From positions 1 to 64,000 of the IMG/VR virus record IMGVR_UViG_3300025108_000015: a DNA stretch of 64,000 nucleotides; one strand, 5' to 3'. The notes beneath the pieces were generated by a model. It was given only the letters and a program-made list of their open reading frames with translations. It was not told where the DNA came from and did not search any database. The position numbers and the translations under genes were made by a program. Every line of letters starts with the position of its first letter. Position 1 is the first letter of the stretch. Shown piece by piece: positions 46,063-56,178 of this stretch. The stretch is from a virus.

Positions 46063-47894
46063 ATATAATAGGAATGCACACCGGCCATGATGCATCATTA
46101 TCGTTAGTACGTAATGGCAAATTAGTATCATCATTAAGCGTTGAAAGATACAGTAGGGTAAAGAAAGATGAAGTATTAAGTAGAGAGTTCTTTAACCACT
46201 TTCTACAAGTAAACGAAATGACTATTGATGATATAGATTGTATCACAATGGCATTTTGGAACTATGATAATTGTAATTGGATAAAACTATACAGCCCAAC
46301 CAATTCCGTTTATCCACTTAATACATTTGGCGCACAACGACAAGACACGAGAATACTCAACCACTTGGATGAGTTTCCATACAAACCAGAATATGTTGAT
46401 GGGCTTGGGATATCTCTGCCGGACTTTATAGACAACATCGACCCTCCATTTGGGCCTGAAGTGATACAACATAGTGAATCATTTCCATTGATAATTGATA
46501 TAGAGGGGTACACCCGACCAATTAATGGTTGCTTTGTAAGACATCATACTGCCCATGCTGCAGCTGCATTTTATACATCACCATTTCCAAGGGCAGCTGT
46601 ATTTACGGCTGACGCTTCGATGCATACTCCAAAAAATTGTAGTACCTCAATGGTTGGTAATGGTAGTATACTACAATCTTTTAAATCTCCTGAATTTATG
46701 TTGGGGAACTTCTATGATGTAGCTACTGAGTTTTGTGGGTTAGGGCCGGGAACATTAAAAGCAGGTACATTAATGGGATTATCTTCATTCGGTAATGTAA
46801 ATGGTAAGACCATGGAGCAGTGGGAAAAATGGTGTCTCCCATTTAATCAAATTAGTACTGAATATCACCGATATAGTGATTGGTTATTTTCAGAAATCAG
46901 TGGTAGATACCCATTCATAAGTACAGCACGTAAAGAGTACGTAAATAAAGAACCAGGTTATCAGTTTATAAATAGAATATACCAAACAGTGTATTCAAAA
47001 GAAGAATCAGATTCTCAAGAAGTCATGGATATTGCTGCAAGTATTCAATATTTATTAGAACGTGCTCTTATTAAGTATATCAATGAATTGTATGAAGATA
47101 CTAAAAATTTCAACGATGGTAATTTGTGTTTAGCCGGTGGTACATTTTTAAATTGTAACGCAAATTATAAGATATTAAAAGAAACAAAATTTAAGAATAT
47201 ACACTTTTTCCCAGCGTGTGGTGATGATGGAATACCAGCTGGTTCGGCATTGTTTTACTATCACTTTAATTTAGGTGGTAAACGTGTTAACTACACTACA
47301 AATGAACTTGCTTATTTAGGTGTTACATATGACCACCAACCTGAAACTGACACAAATGCAGTTCCATTAGATTTGGATGTAGTTGCTCAAAATATTGCTG
47401 ATGGTAAAATTGTGTGTTGGTATCAAGGTCACTCTGAAGTAGGTCCACGTGCATTGGGTAATCGTTCTTTTATAAGTGACCCTCGTAATAAAGAGATGAA
47501 GGATATTCTAAACTCAAGAGTTAAATTCAGAGAATGGTTTAGACCATTTGCGCCAGTAGTGTTAACCGAAGATAAGGAGGAGTGGTTCAATATGGATTTT
47601 GAGTCACCATTTATGTTACATACTGTACCATGTAGAAAGCCACAAGAAATACCATCAGCAGTTCATATAGACAATACATCACGTGTTCAGACTTTAACAA
47701 GAGACCATAACCCTATATTTTACGATTTGATTTCTAAATTTAAGGACATAACTGGTGTGCCAGTTGTACTAAATACTTCACTGAATGTAAAAGGTGAACC
47801 TATTGTGGAAACGCCCGAAGATGCAATGAAATTATTTGATGAGTCTGATGTTGATATATTAGTAATCAACGATATGATGTATTTTAAAAATTAG
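46059..47894 (+). CDS. Carbamoyltransferase (NodU/CmcH/TobZ family)
   Basis: GHDAS, ERYSRVK, HHTAHAAAA, LAGGTFLNC, GDDG, EVGPRALGNRS, KFREWFRPFAP, LNTSLNVKGEPIV. Confidence 0.93.
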   Translation: MNIIGMHTGHDASLSLVRNGKLVSSLSVERYSRVKKDEVLSREFFNHFLQVNEMTIDDIDCITMAFWNYDNCNWIKLYSPTNSVYPLNTFGAQRQDTRILNHLDEFPYKPEYVDGLGISLPDFIDNIDPPFGPEVIQHSESFPLIIDIEGYTRPINGCFVRHHTAHAAAAFYTSPFPRAAVFTADASMHTPKNCSTSMVGNGSILQSFKSPEFMLGNFYDVATEFCGLGPGTLKAGTLMGLSSFGNVNGKTMEQWEKWCLPFNQISTEYHRYSDWLFSEISGRYPFISTARKEYVNKEPGYQFINRIYQTVYSKEESDSQEVMDIAASIQYLLERALIKYINELYEDTKNFNDGNLCLAGGTFLNCNANYKILKETKFKNIHFFPACGDDGIPAGSALFYYHFNLGGKRVNYTTNELAYLGVTYDHQPETDTNAVPLDLDVVAQNIADGKIVCWYQGHSEVGPRALGNRSFISDPRNKEMKDILNSRVKFREWFRPFAPVVLTEDKEEWFNMDFESPFMLHTVPCRKPQEIPSAVHIDNTSRVQTLTRDHNPIFYDLISKFKDITGVPVVLNTSLNVKGEPIVETPEDAMKLFDESDVDILVINDMMYFKN

Positions 47895-47924
47895 GATTTA
47901 ATAAATATATTTTGTATATTTATA
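47891..47924 (+). promoter_or_regulatory. Variant promoter TTAGG-N18-GTATATTTA overlapping a TATTTATA box
   Basis: Same 18-nt spacing; heads the glycosyltransferase run. Confidence 0.5.
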
Positions 47925-47950
47925 ACTAAATAAAAAGGAAATAGTTACGA

Positions 47951-49360
47951 ATGGAATTACCAAAACTACGAAAAGTAGACCCAACTAAACCGAAGAAGAA
48001 AAAGATTCTACTTCTATCGGATGACCTCAGATTACATAGTGGTATTGCCACACAATCAAAGGAGATTGTTTTTTCAACAATTCATAAGTATGATTGGGTT
48101 CAACTTGGAGCCGCACTAAAACATCCTGAAGAGGGTAAGATGTTTGATGTTTCAGCTGATACACAAAAGGAAACTGGTGTAGAAGATGCATCACTCAAAA
48201 TATACGCAAGTAGCGGATATGGGAATCCTGAAATACTAAGGCAACTTATTAACATTGAGAAGCCTGATGCAATCTTACACTTCACTGACCCACGTTTTTG
48301 GAAGTGGTTGTACGATATGGAGCATGAAGTAAGAGAGTTCGTTCCTATTATGTATTACAATATTTGGGACTCATTACCAGACCCAATGTGGAATGCACCA
48401 TTTTATGCATCGTGTGATATGCTGATGTCAATCTCAAAACAAACATATGGTATCAACAAGAGAACTCTTGAGAAATATGGTATGGCGAAGGAAGATTGGG
48501 CATACAAATATATCCCACATGGAGTATCCAAACACTTCAAACCATTACCATCGGATGACGCAAAGTTAGTGGAGTTCAAAAACAGATTTGGATTAAACGA
48601 ATACGACTTTGTAGTTCTATGGAACAATAGAAATATTCGTAGAAAAGTACCAGGTGATGTAGTTCTTGCATTCAATGAGTTTGCAAAACAACATGAGGAT
48701 AAGAAGGTATGTTTATTCTTCCATACTCAACGAAGTGATGACAATGGAACTGACTTGAATGAGGTAATCAAACACAATGGTCACTATGGTGATTACAAGT
48801 TTACTGATGCTAAATTCACTACCGAAGATTTAAACCTATATTACAATTCAGGTGATATCATTCTAAACATCGCTTCTAATGAAGGTTTCGGACTCGCCTC
48901 TTGTGAAGCATTGAGAGCTGGTACACCAATTATAGTCAACGTAACAGGTGGTCTTCAAGACCAATGTGGTTTTGATTTGGAAGGTGAAACTCTAACTGCT
49001 GAAGATTATGTTGAGATTGGGTCACTACATGATAGAAGAAAATGGTCTAAGTATGAATTATTAGGACGTGGTAGTTGGGTTTATCCTGTATGGCCATCTA
49101 ATAGGTCACTACAAGGTTCACCACAAACACCATATATATTCGATGATAGATGTGACTTTATGGATGTAGCTGAGAAGTTAGGAAACGCTCTTGAAGATGG
49201 TAGAGACCACTTAGAATACGTGGGACATATTGGACATGAGTGGGTTCAAGGTGAGAGTGGGATGGCATCCGAAAATATGGGTGGTAAGTTTATTGACGCA
49301 ATTGATGGTTGTCTTGAAAATTGGACACCTCGTAAAAGATTTGAGATTTATTCAGTATGA
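47951..49360 (+). CDS. GT4 glycosyltransferase
   Basis: KILLLSDD..LHSGIA, NNRNIRRK, NEGFGLASCEALRAGTP. Confidence 0.88.
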   Translation: MELPKLRKVDPTKPKKKKILLLSDDLRLHSGIATQSKEIVFSTIHKYDWVQLGAALKHPEEGKMFDVSADTQKETGVEDASLKIYASSGYGNPEILRQLINIEKPDAILHFTDPRFWKWLYDMEHEVREFVPIMYYNIWDSLPDPMWNAPFYASCDMLMSISKQTYGINKRTLEKYGMAKEDWAYKYIPHGVSKHFKPLPSDDAKLVEFKNRFGLNEYDFVVLWNNRNIRRKVPGDVVLAFNEFAKQHEDKKVCLFFHTQRSDDNGTDLNEVIKHNGHYGDYKFTDAKFTTEDLNLYYNSGDIILNIASNEGFGLASCEALRAGTPIIVNVTGGLQDQCGFDLEGETLTAEDYVEIGSLHDRRKWSKYELLGRGSWVYPVWPSNRSLQGSPQTPYIFDDRCDFMDVAEKLGNALEDGRDHLEYVGHIGHEWVQGESGMASENMGGKFIDAIDGCLENWTPRKRFEIYSV

Positions 49361-50676
49361 AAAAGTTATGTGTAGTTAGTTGCCCTATTGCAACGAGAAG
49401 TGGGTATGGTGCTCGTTCGAGGGATTTAGTCCGTTCGTTAATTCAAACCAAAGGTGAAGAGTGGGATATAAAAATCTTACCACAACGATGGGGTAATACA
49501 CCTCAAAATGCACTCACAACGGAAGATGTAGACTTAACATCAAGGCTCATTAGTGGTAATATAAATCAGAAGCCAGACGTGTGGATGCAGATTACAATTC
49601 CAAGTGAGTTCCAACCCGTTGGTCACTTTAACATTGGGGTATCGGCTGTTATTGAAACTACCGATGCATCTGCTGAATTTATTGATGGGTGTAATCGTAT
49701 GGACCTTACATTGGTTTCATCAGAACACTCTAAGAAAACACTCGAAGTGGTTTATGATAAAATAAATGAAAAAACCAAAGAAAAGGTAGGTCAAACATCT
49801 CTAACAAAGCCGGTTGAAGTTTTATTCGAAGGATTTGACCCTAAGATTTACGATAATAAATCTGAAGTTCATCAATCTGTTAATGATGTACTAAGTAATG
49901 TGAAAGAATCTTTTACATATCTATTTGTTGGTCATTGGTTACAAGGTAACATAGGTCATGATAGAAAAAACGTAAGTGGTTTGATTCACACATTCCTAAA
50001 TACGTTTAAAAACAAAAAGAATCCACCTGCACTTATTCTAAAGACATCTATCACGGCACCTGGCATCACAAATGTACATGAGTTGAGAAAGAGAATCGAA
50101 ATGATTAAAGGTATGATTGATTCAAAGATACTACCAAACATCTATATTCTCGATGGTGACCTTTCAGATGAGGAGATGAATTCACTGTATAATCACCCAA
50201 AGGTAAAAGCACACGTATCATTTACACGTGGTGAGGGTTTTGGTAGACCTTTATTGGAAGCTTGTGTTAGTGGTAAACCAATCATTACATCAAATTGGAG
50301 TGGTCATGTAGACTTCCTTCACTCAGATTACAACTTCTTAGTAGGTGGTGAACTTCAGAATGTAGACAAATCGGCTGCAAACAATTGGATTAGGAAAGAG
50401 TCCAAGTGGTTTACAATTAATTATAATGACGCAGCTCATACTTTAAAAACAATCTACGATAATTATAAGAAAGCAGTTGAGAAGTCTCGTAAGAATCGTA
50501 AGTATGTAAAAGACAACTTTACACTTGATAATATGTCAAGTAAATTGTCCGAAATACTTGACATTTACAAAGTAGGTGATGGTCCACAACAAGTTGGATT
50601 AACGTTACCAACTTTGAAAAAGAAAGACACGCCAACTGAATTAAAATTACCAAAACTAAAGAAAGTAGGTGAGTAA
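49357..50676 (+). CDS. GT4 glycosyltransferase
   Basis: SGYG..SRD, LFVGHW, RKN, RGEGFGRPLLEACVSGKP. Confidence 0.88.
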   Translation: MKKLCVVSCPIATRSGYGARSRDLVRSLIQTKGEEWDIKILPQRWGNTPQNALTTEDVDLTSRLISGNINQKPDVWMQITIPSEFQPVGHFNIGVSAVIETTDASAEFIDGCNRMDLTLVSSEHSKKTLEVVYDKINEKTKEKVGQTSLTKPVEVLFEGFDPKIYDNKSEVHQSVNDVLSNVKESFTYLFVGHWLQGNIGHDRKNVSGLIHTFLNTFKNKKNPPALILKTSITAPGITNVHELRKRIEMIKGMIDSKILPNIYILDGDLSDEEMNSLYNHPKVKAHVSFTRGEGFGRPLLEACVSGKPIITSNWSGHVDFLHSDYNFLVGGELQNVDKSAANNWIRKESKWFTINYNDAAHTLKTIYDNYKKAVEKSRKNRKYVKDNFTLDNMSSKLSEILDIYKVGDGPQQVGLTLPTLKKKDTPTELKLPKLKKVGE

Positions 50677-51173
50677 TGCCCGATTACACGACAATGCATA
50701 GAAATCGAATTGCTGACGCTACTCGTATACCTAAGTCAAAATTAGAGAAAGGTATGGTAGCTAAAATCAGATACAAGAAAGTATCTGGTGAGGCCCGAGA
50801 TTATTATGTATTCGTGTTACAGCCAAAGTTTAAAACATACTTTCATTGTTTAGACTTAAAACACATCGCACCACCACAAATGCTAAAAATGGCATCTTCA
50901 TTAAATGAAGTAATCAGTTCAACCTCGAAAGTAAAAAAGTTAGATTTGACTAAATTAAATCTTGATGTAAACTCTAAACAATTTTACCTTAATGAGATTA
51001 GAAATAAGAAGTTAAAAGGTGGTTATCGTACATTAGTTGAAAAGAATATATCAACTGTTATGGTATATAACTATGATTATGGTATCTTCGATAAGATAGA
51101 TACTAAAGCAAAACGTAGACAAGAAGATAGTCTTGAAAAGGATGACACTCCGGACTTCTTAAAAGGAATATAA
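50676..51173 (+). CDS. Hypothetical protein (basic)
   Basis: 165-aa coupled ORF; no confident motif. Confidence 0.6.
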   Translation: MPDYTTMHRNRIADATRIPKSKLEKGMVAKIRYKKVSGEARDYYVFVLQPKFKTYFHCLDLKHIAPPQMLKMASSLNEVISSTSKVKKLDLTKLNLDVNSKQFYLNEIRNKKLKGGYRTLVEKNISTVMVYNYDYGIFDKIDTKAKRRQEDSLEKDDTPDFLKGI

Positions 51174-51176
51174 TAT

Positions 51177-51803
51177 ATGAAAATCAGTTACGCAGTCACA
51201 GTATGTAATGAGTTCTTAGAGATTCAAACCTTACTACAAAAGTTAATCACACTAAAACAACCACAAGATGAGATAGTTGTATTATGGGATTCTAAGAATG
51301 GTGACCCAATGGTAGAAACATATCTCCGTAAAATGAACGCGGAGAAGACTCAATTCCTATGGTATCCTTATGAGTTCGATGGACACTTTGCAGATTTAAA
51401 GAATGAACTTACCAAACATTGTAGTGGGGATTACATCTTTCAGATTGACGCAGATGAGTACCCACATGAAACTCTTATGGATAACATCCACTCAATCTTG
51501 GAAGTAAATGATGTTGATGTGATTCTCGTACCACGAGTAAATACAGTCGAAGGGTTAACTCAGAACCATATTCAAAAGTGGGGATGGAATGTCAACGAGG
51601 GGGGTTGGGTAAACTTTCCAGACCCTCAATGGAGAATATACAAAAACTCAGATACGATACGTTGGGAAAATAAGGTACACGAGAAACTCGTTGGATATGA
51701 TACTATCTCTAATCTACCATGGGCAGAGGAACTATCCTTATACCACCCAAAACAAATTGAACGACAAGAAAAGCAAAACGAATATTACGACACCCTCGTG
51801 TAA
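51177..51803 (+). CDS. GT2 family glycosyltransferase
   Basis: KISYAVTVCNE, GDYIFQIDADE, FPDPQWRI, VHEKLVG. Confidence 0.85.
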   Translation: MKISYAVTVCNEFLEIQTLLQKLITLKQPQDEIVVLWDSKNGDPMVETYLRKMNAEKTQFLWYPYEFDGHFADLKNELTKHCSGDYIFQIDADEYPHETLMDNIHSILEVNDVDVILVPRVNTVEGLTQNHIQKWGWNVNEGGWVNFPDPQWRIYKNSDTIRWENKVHEKLVGYDTISNLPWAEELSLYHPKQIERQEKQNEYYDTLV

Positions 51804-51853
51804 TTCCATTTTGGAAACGAACGTGTGTCAAAAGAAAATTTAACAATTTTATT

Positions 51854-52678
51854 ATGAAAAAAACTATTGGTATTATAGGTAATGGCTTCGTTGGAGAGTC
51901 ACAAGCATTCGCGTTTTCCCCAACTACGAATGTTCGTATATTCGACATAGACCCCTTAAAAGCTACTCATACTCTTGAAGAAACATTAGAACAAGAATTT
52001 GTGTTTGTATGCTTACCCACACCAATGACTATGGATGGGATTCAAGATATTTCGTATATTGAGAACTTTTTCGAATCAATCACACCTAATGATGATACGA
52101 TATTCATTATTAAGTCTACGGTCTTGCCAGGTACTACACAAGGTTTGATTGATAAGTATGGGTACAATATAATTTTCTCTCCGGAGTTTTTGACCGAACG
52201 TACTGCGAAGTTGGATATGTTGACTCAATCACGAATCATCTTTGGTGGTAGTGAAGACTTGACTAAACGGGTAGAAGAATTGTTTACGGATAGATTTATG
52301 AATCGACACATCATCCATACTAATTCAACTACGGCAGAATACATCAAGTATATGAATAATACATTTTTTGCAACAAAAGTTGCAGTGATGAACGAGTTCT
52401 ATCGATTGAGTCAATGTATTGATGTTGATTGGAAAACGGCACTATATGGATTTGCTGCAGATGGTAGAGTCGGAGATAGTCATTTACACGTACCTGGTCC
52501 TGATGGTAAGTTGGGGTATGGTGGTACTTGTTTCCCCAAAGATGTAAACGCTATTATTAATTTTGCTAAAGAGCATGGAGTTTCTATGAACGCCATTGAA
52601 GGTGGTTGGGAAACTAATGTAGAGGTTAGGCCTGAACGTGATTGGGAACAATTGGAAGGTAGAGCAGTTTCTAAATGA
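51854..52678 (+). CDS. UDP-glucose/GDP-mannose dehydrogenase family protein (lacks the C-terminal domain)
   Basis: IGIIGNGFVG, CLPTP, IKSTV.PGT, SPEFL, KYMNNTF, GYGGTCFPKD. Confidence 0.9.
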   Translation: MKKTIGIIGNGFVGESQAFAFSPTTNVRIFDIDPLKATHTLEETLEQEFVFVCLPTPMTMDGIQDISYIENFFESITPNDDTIFIIKSTVLPGTTQGLIDKYGYNIIFSPEFLTERTAKLDMLTQSRIIFGGSEDLTKRVEELFTDRFMNRHIIHTNSTTAEYIKYMNNTFFATKVAVMNEFYRLSQCIDVDWKTALYGFAADGRVGDSHLHVPGPDGKLGYGGTCFPKDVNAIINFAKEHGVSMNAIEGGWETNVEVRPERDWEQLEGRAVSK

Positions 52679-53514
52679 TTTTCTGGAGAACATACGATAA
52701 TAAAGTAATTCCTATACAAGAGGTTGAAGCGTTAGGATTTCCTTTAAGTGACCCTTCCTATATTACTGATGAATACTTGGAAGGTAAAAACTTTGTAATC
52801 CTAAGAACTTGTTTTGGTGTTGGGGATTGGGGAATTATCTCCGCATTCCCACGAAAATTAAAGGAGAAGTATTCCGATTGTAAGGTTTGGATACCATCAC
52901 CAAAATTGTTGAGAGAGATGTTTGGTCACTTAGAACAAAATTGGTCAGCGTGGTCAGACCCGCTTCAAGTAGTTCATACTATTTTTGATAACAACCCCTA
53001 TATAGATGGGTTTGTAGATTCATTTGAAGGGGAGGTGTTCAATGACCACTACCGAATCTATGGTGATGAAGATGTACCACTTATGGAAGAGTTGTTGAGG
53101 TTCTGGCAGTTCGAGGAGTTCGATGATATTGAACCCGAACTATACTTTTCAAAAGAAGAAATTGAGTTAGGTGACCAAATCATAAAAGAACATTGTGATG
53201 GAGACTTCGGAACTCTTCTAATATCAAATAGATTTGATGGTGTTGGGGTTGAAAAAATCCAACAAAAAATTAATGAGTATGACCTACCTATGTTCTATTG
53301 GACTAAATCTACGGATGTAGGGTTAAATTTCAAAGAAGCATTAGATATGAGACACATCAATACTCGTATTCAGTTATACATCAAAACAAAGGCAAAGTTT
53401 AATGTGGGTAACCAAACTGGAGTGAATGATACCATCGCAAATTATTCACCAACCTATACAGTTGCCAGGCCTAATCTTGGGTCAAATTTAGTTAGAAGTG
53501 AGATTTACTTATGA
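52675..53514 (+). CDS. Putative GT9-like glycosyltransferase
   Basis: GVGDWGIISAFPRKLKEKY..CKVW, NNPYID, NVGNQTG resemble heptosyltransferase-type GT-B motifs. Confidence 0.45.
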   Translation: MIFWRTYDNKVIPIQEVEALGFPLSDPSYITDEYLEGKNFVILRTCFGVGDWGIISAFPRKLKEKYSDCKVWIPSPKLLREMFGHLEQNWSAWSDPLQVVHTIFDNNPYIDGFVDSFEGEVFNDHYRIYGDEDVPLMEELLRFWQFEEFDDIEPELYFSKEEIELGDQIIKEHCDGDFGTLLISNRFDGVGVEKIQQKINEYDLPMFYWTKSTDVGLNFKEALDMRHINTRIQLYIKTKAKFNVGNQTGVNDTIANYSPTYTVARPNLGSNLVRSEIYL

Positions 53515-54185
53515 GAGTAGTAGTATATACAGCGATTATTGGTGGGTATGACACACTCAATGAACCACTCGTAAAACCAGATGGTGTGGACTTTGTTTGT
53601 TTTACCGATAGGGAGATGGAGTCTGACACTTGGGAGATTCGTAAGATTACGTCATTATATGAGGACTCTACAAGAACTGCACGAAAGTATAAGGTTTTAC
53701 CACATCGTTGGTTTACTGAATATGATGTCAGTATATGGGTTGATGGTAATAAACTTATAGAGGGTAATGTTTTAGATTATATCACACAGTTAGGGGGGAG
53801 TAACCTTTCGTTGTTTGACCATATGGAATGTTTTGACAAAAGAAATTGTGTATATCAAGAGGCAAATGCTATTTTTAGGTTAGGACAAGAGTCGGGTAAA
53901 ACTTACAAAGATAACCCATTAACTATAAAATCCCAAATGGAACGATATCTTTCTGAAGGATATCCACAAAATAATGGATTGGCATTTACTTGCGTTGTGG
54001 TTCGGAAACACAATGACTCAGATACTATCAATCTGATGGAAAATTGGTGGACTGAAATCAAATATGGTTCTAAGAGAGACCAATTAAGTTTTGATTACGT
54101 TGCTTGGAAAAATAACTATGATTTTAAGTATCTAAGTGGTGATGGTAGAAACGATGGTATAATAACACATAAATCACATTTATGA
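53511..54185 (+). CDS. DUF616-like (TOD1/MUCI70) glycosyltransferase
   Basis: VVYTAIIGGYD, DFVCFTD, ARKYKVLPH, SIWVDGN, RDQLSFDY..WK. Confidence 0.8.
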   Translation: MRVVVYTAIIGGYDTLNEPLVKPDGVDFVCFTDREMESDTWEIRKITSLYEDSTRTARKYKVLPHRWFTEYDVSIWVDGNKLIEGNVLDYITQLGGSNLSLFDHMECFDKRNCVYQEANAIFRLGQESGKTYKDNPLTIKSQMERYLSEGYPQNNGLAFTCVVVRKHNDSDTINLMENWWTEIKYGSKRDQLSFDYVAWKNNYDFKYLSGDGRNDGIITHKSHL

Positions 54186-55174
54186 AACGTATATTGTTTA
54201 TAACATCTCAGTATAGAACTGGGGAGCGGTTATATCCCATCTTACCCATACTTGCGTCTGAATATAAGGTAGACCTACTAAAGGTATATCAGATGACCAA
54301 TAAATACAAGTGGGTTGGTGATAAAGATATGCGATTAAAGTTTAATGGAGACTACTTACATTTATTTGATTCGGTATTTGAAAACACGTGTGATGTCACT
54401 AAGTATGACCTCATCATATCTGATGATAATAGACATACATCAAAAACAAAACTATCCAATTTATACAATCAGAAGAATTGTCCGATGGTATCCTTCGAGC
54501 ACGGAAATAATGATAAAGGGTATTTCAGATTGGGCTACAAAGTAGTCTTTGATAAATGTTTTGTGTTTGGTGACAAGGATGTGAAACACAAAGACCAGAT
54601 TGCAGGTGGTATTCCATCTAATGATAGGCTATCCGAGTATATAAACTTGGAAAAGAAACACATTTTGGTAATTGTGAATTTTTTAGGCAATAGAAGGTCA
54701 CCATTCAAAGTTAACTTTGATAATACGGTATTTAATAAAATTAACTTAGTAAATCTACAACAACGAACTGGTTTACCAGTTGTTATAAAACTAAAAAGTA
54801 GAGCAGATGAGGGTGGGTTTAAGAACAACCTAACATACCTTCAAAGTATATTACCAAGCGAATTAGACTACAAGATTATTATCGATGCTGAAGATGATAA
54901 CAAATTAATTGCTGAGAGTAAATACGTTATATCAGCACCATCAACTCTTGCATTCAAACCAATTCAGTTGGGTATACCAACCATTTTAATCAAAGACTCT
55001 GGTCAGATTGGTAGTTTCTATGATTATGATGGGTTGTATGACATTGATGAAATTAATATAGACTATTTACTAAAGGACACCAATAATCATCAATGGATAA
55101 CCAACTCAGTAATGGGTGGTATCAATTTCAACTCTTCAGAAATAGTGGTGTCTAAATTAAAAGAAATGTTATGA
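54182..55174 (+). CDS. Hypothetical glycan-pathway protein (possible GT-B, CDP/CMP-sugar transferase-like)
   Basis: Position in the island; FEHG, VISAPSTLA....LGIPT. Confidence 0.4.
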   Translation: MKRILFITSQYRTGERLYPILPILASEYKVDLLKVYQMTNKYKWVGDKDMRLKFNGDYLHLFDSVFENTCDVTKYDLIISDDNRHTSKTKLSNLYNQKNCPMVSFEHGNNDKGYFRLGYKVVFDKCFVFGDKDVKHKDQIAGGIPSNDRLSEYINLEKKHILVIVNFLGNRRSPFKVNFDNTVFNKINLVNLQQRTGLPVVIKLKSRADEGGFKNNLTYLQSILPSELDYKIIIDAEDDNKLIAESKYVISAPSTLAFKPIQLGIPTILIKDSGQIGSFYDYDGLYDIDEINIDYLLKDTNNHQWITNSVMGGINFNSSEIVVSKLKEML

Positions 55175-56178
55175 AAGTAGTTCATATTTTAGCAGCACGC
55201 CCTAATTTTATAAAAGCGTCACCAATCATCCGCGAATTTAAAAATAATGGACATGAAAATGTAATCATACATACTAATCAACACTATGATTACAAAATGT
55301 CTGAAATATTTTTTGAACAATTAGATATTCCAACGCCGGATGTTCATTTAGGTATTGGGTCATCAACTCATGCAAAACAAACCGCAGACGCAATGATTTC
55401 CATAGAAAGGGAGTTGGTAGATTTGGATGTGGACTATGTTGTAGTGTATGGTGATGTTAATTCATCAATGGCAGGAGCACTTGCTGCATCTAAATTAAAT
55501 ATACCAATAGTCCATATTGAATCTGGATGTAGAAGTTATGATAATACGATGCCGGAAGAAGTAAATCGTAAAATTATAGATACGATTAGTGATATACTGA
55601 TATGTACTGAAAAATCCGCGTTTGAAAATCTGATTAAGAGTGGATTTGATGAAAAATCAATCTATGTGGCAGGTAACACTGCAATTGATAGTATGTATGA
55701 ATTGGCATTCGATGATATGAGTGGTATAGATTACGATTACTATTTGGCAACTTTTCATAGACCATTTAATGTAGATGACCCAATTATATTGGATTCAATA
55801 CTCTCTAAATTAGAGGATTTTTCATTGCCTGTGATTATACCGGCGCATCCAAGATTAAGAAAGAATCTTAGTAGAGACTATAAAAATATTATATTCAAAG
55901 AACCAGTTGGATATTCCGAATTTATTTCGTATATTAAACGAAGTAGTGGTGTAATATCCGATTCAGGAGGTGTTCAATGTGAGTGTGGTGTTTTGTCAAA
56001 GCCACTTCTTACCCTTAGACCATCTACTGAACATCTTATTACATTAGATTATGGTAATAAATTAATTGGGTTGGACGAATTGGATGAATCTTCGTTTCCA
56101 ATAGACTTCTCAACACAAACACCAACTGAGTGGGATGGTAATGCATCCAAGAGGGCGGTAGAATTTATTTTAAAATGA
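55171..56178 (+). CDS. wecB: UDP-N-acetylglucosamine 2-epimerase (non-hydrolysing, WecB/WbpI-like)
   Basis: ARPNFIK, HTNQHYD, YGDVNS, HIESGCRS..MPEEVNR, TFHR, HPR, SDSGGVQ. Confidence 0.9.
   Translation: MKVVHILAARPNFIKASPIIREFKNNGHENVIIHTNQHYDYKMSEIFFEQLDIPTPDVHLGIGSSTHAKQTADAMISIERELVDLDVDYVVVYGDVNSSMAGALAASKLNIPIVHIESGCRSYDNTMPEEVNRKIIDTISDILICTEKSAFENLIKSGFDEKSIYVAGNTAIDSMYELAFDDMSGIDYDYYLATFHRPFNVDDPIILDSILSKLEDFSLPVIIPAHPRLRKNLSRDYKNIIFKEPVGYSEFISYIKRSSGVISDSGGVQCECGVLSKPLLTLRPSTEHLITLDYGNKLIGLDELDESSFPIDFSTQTPTEWDGNASKRAVEFILK

Noticed and set aside
50676-51173. T4 gp2-like DNA end protector
   Set aside because: Only a vague resemblance; the expected YD/FPL-type motifs are not present, so it was left hypothetical.
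51809-51850. Additional TTTGG promoter with a TAACAATTT element before the UDP-sugar dehydrogenase
   Set aside because: No GTATATTAG-like element at the 18-nt spacing, and only one hexamer.
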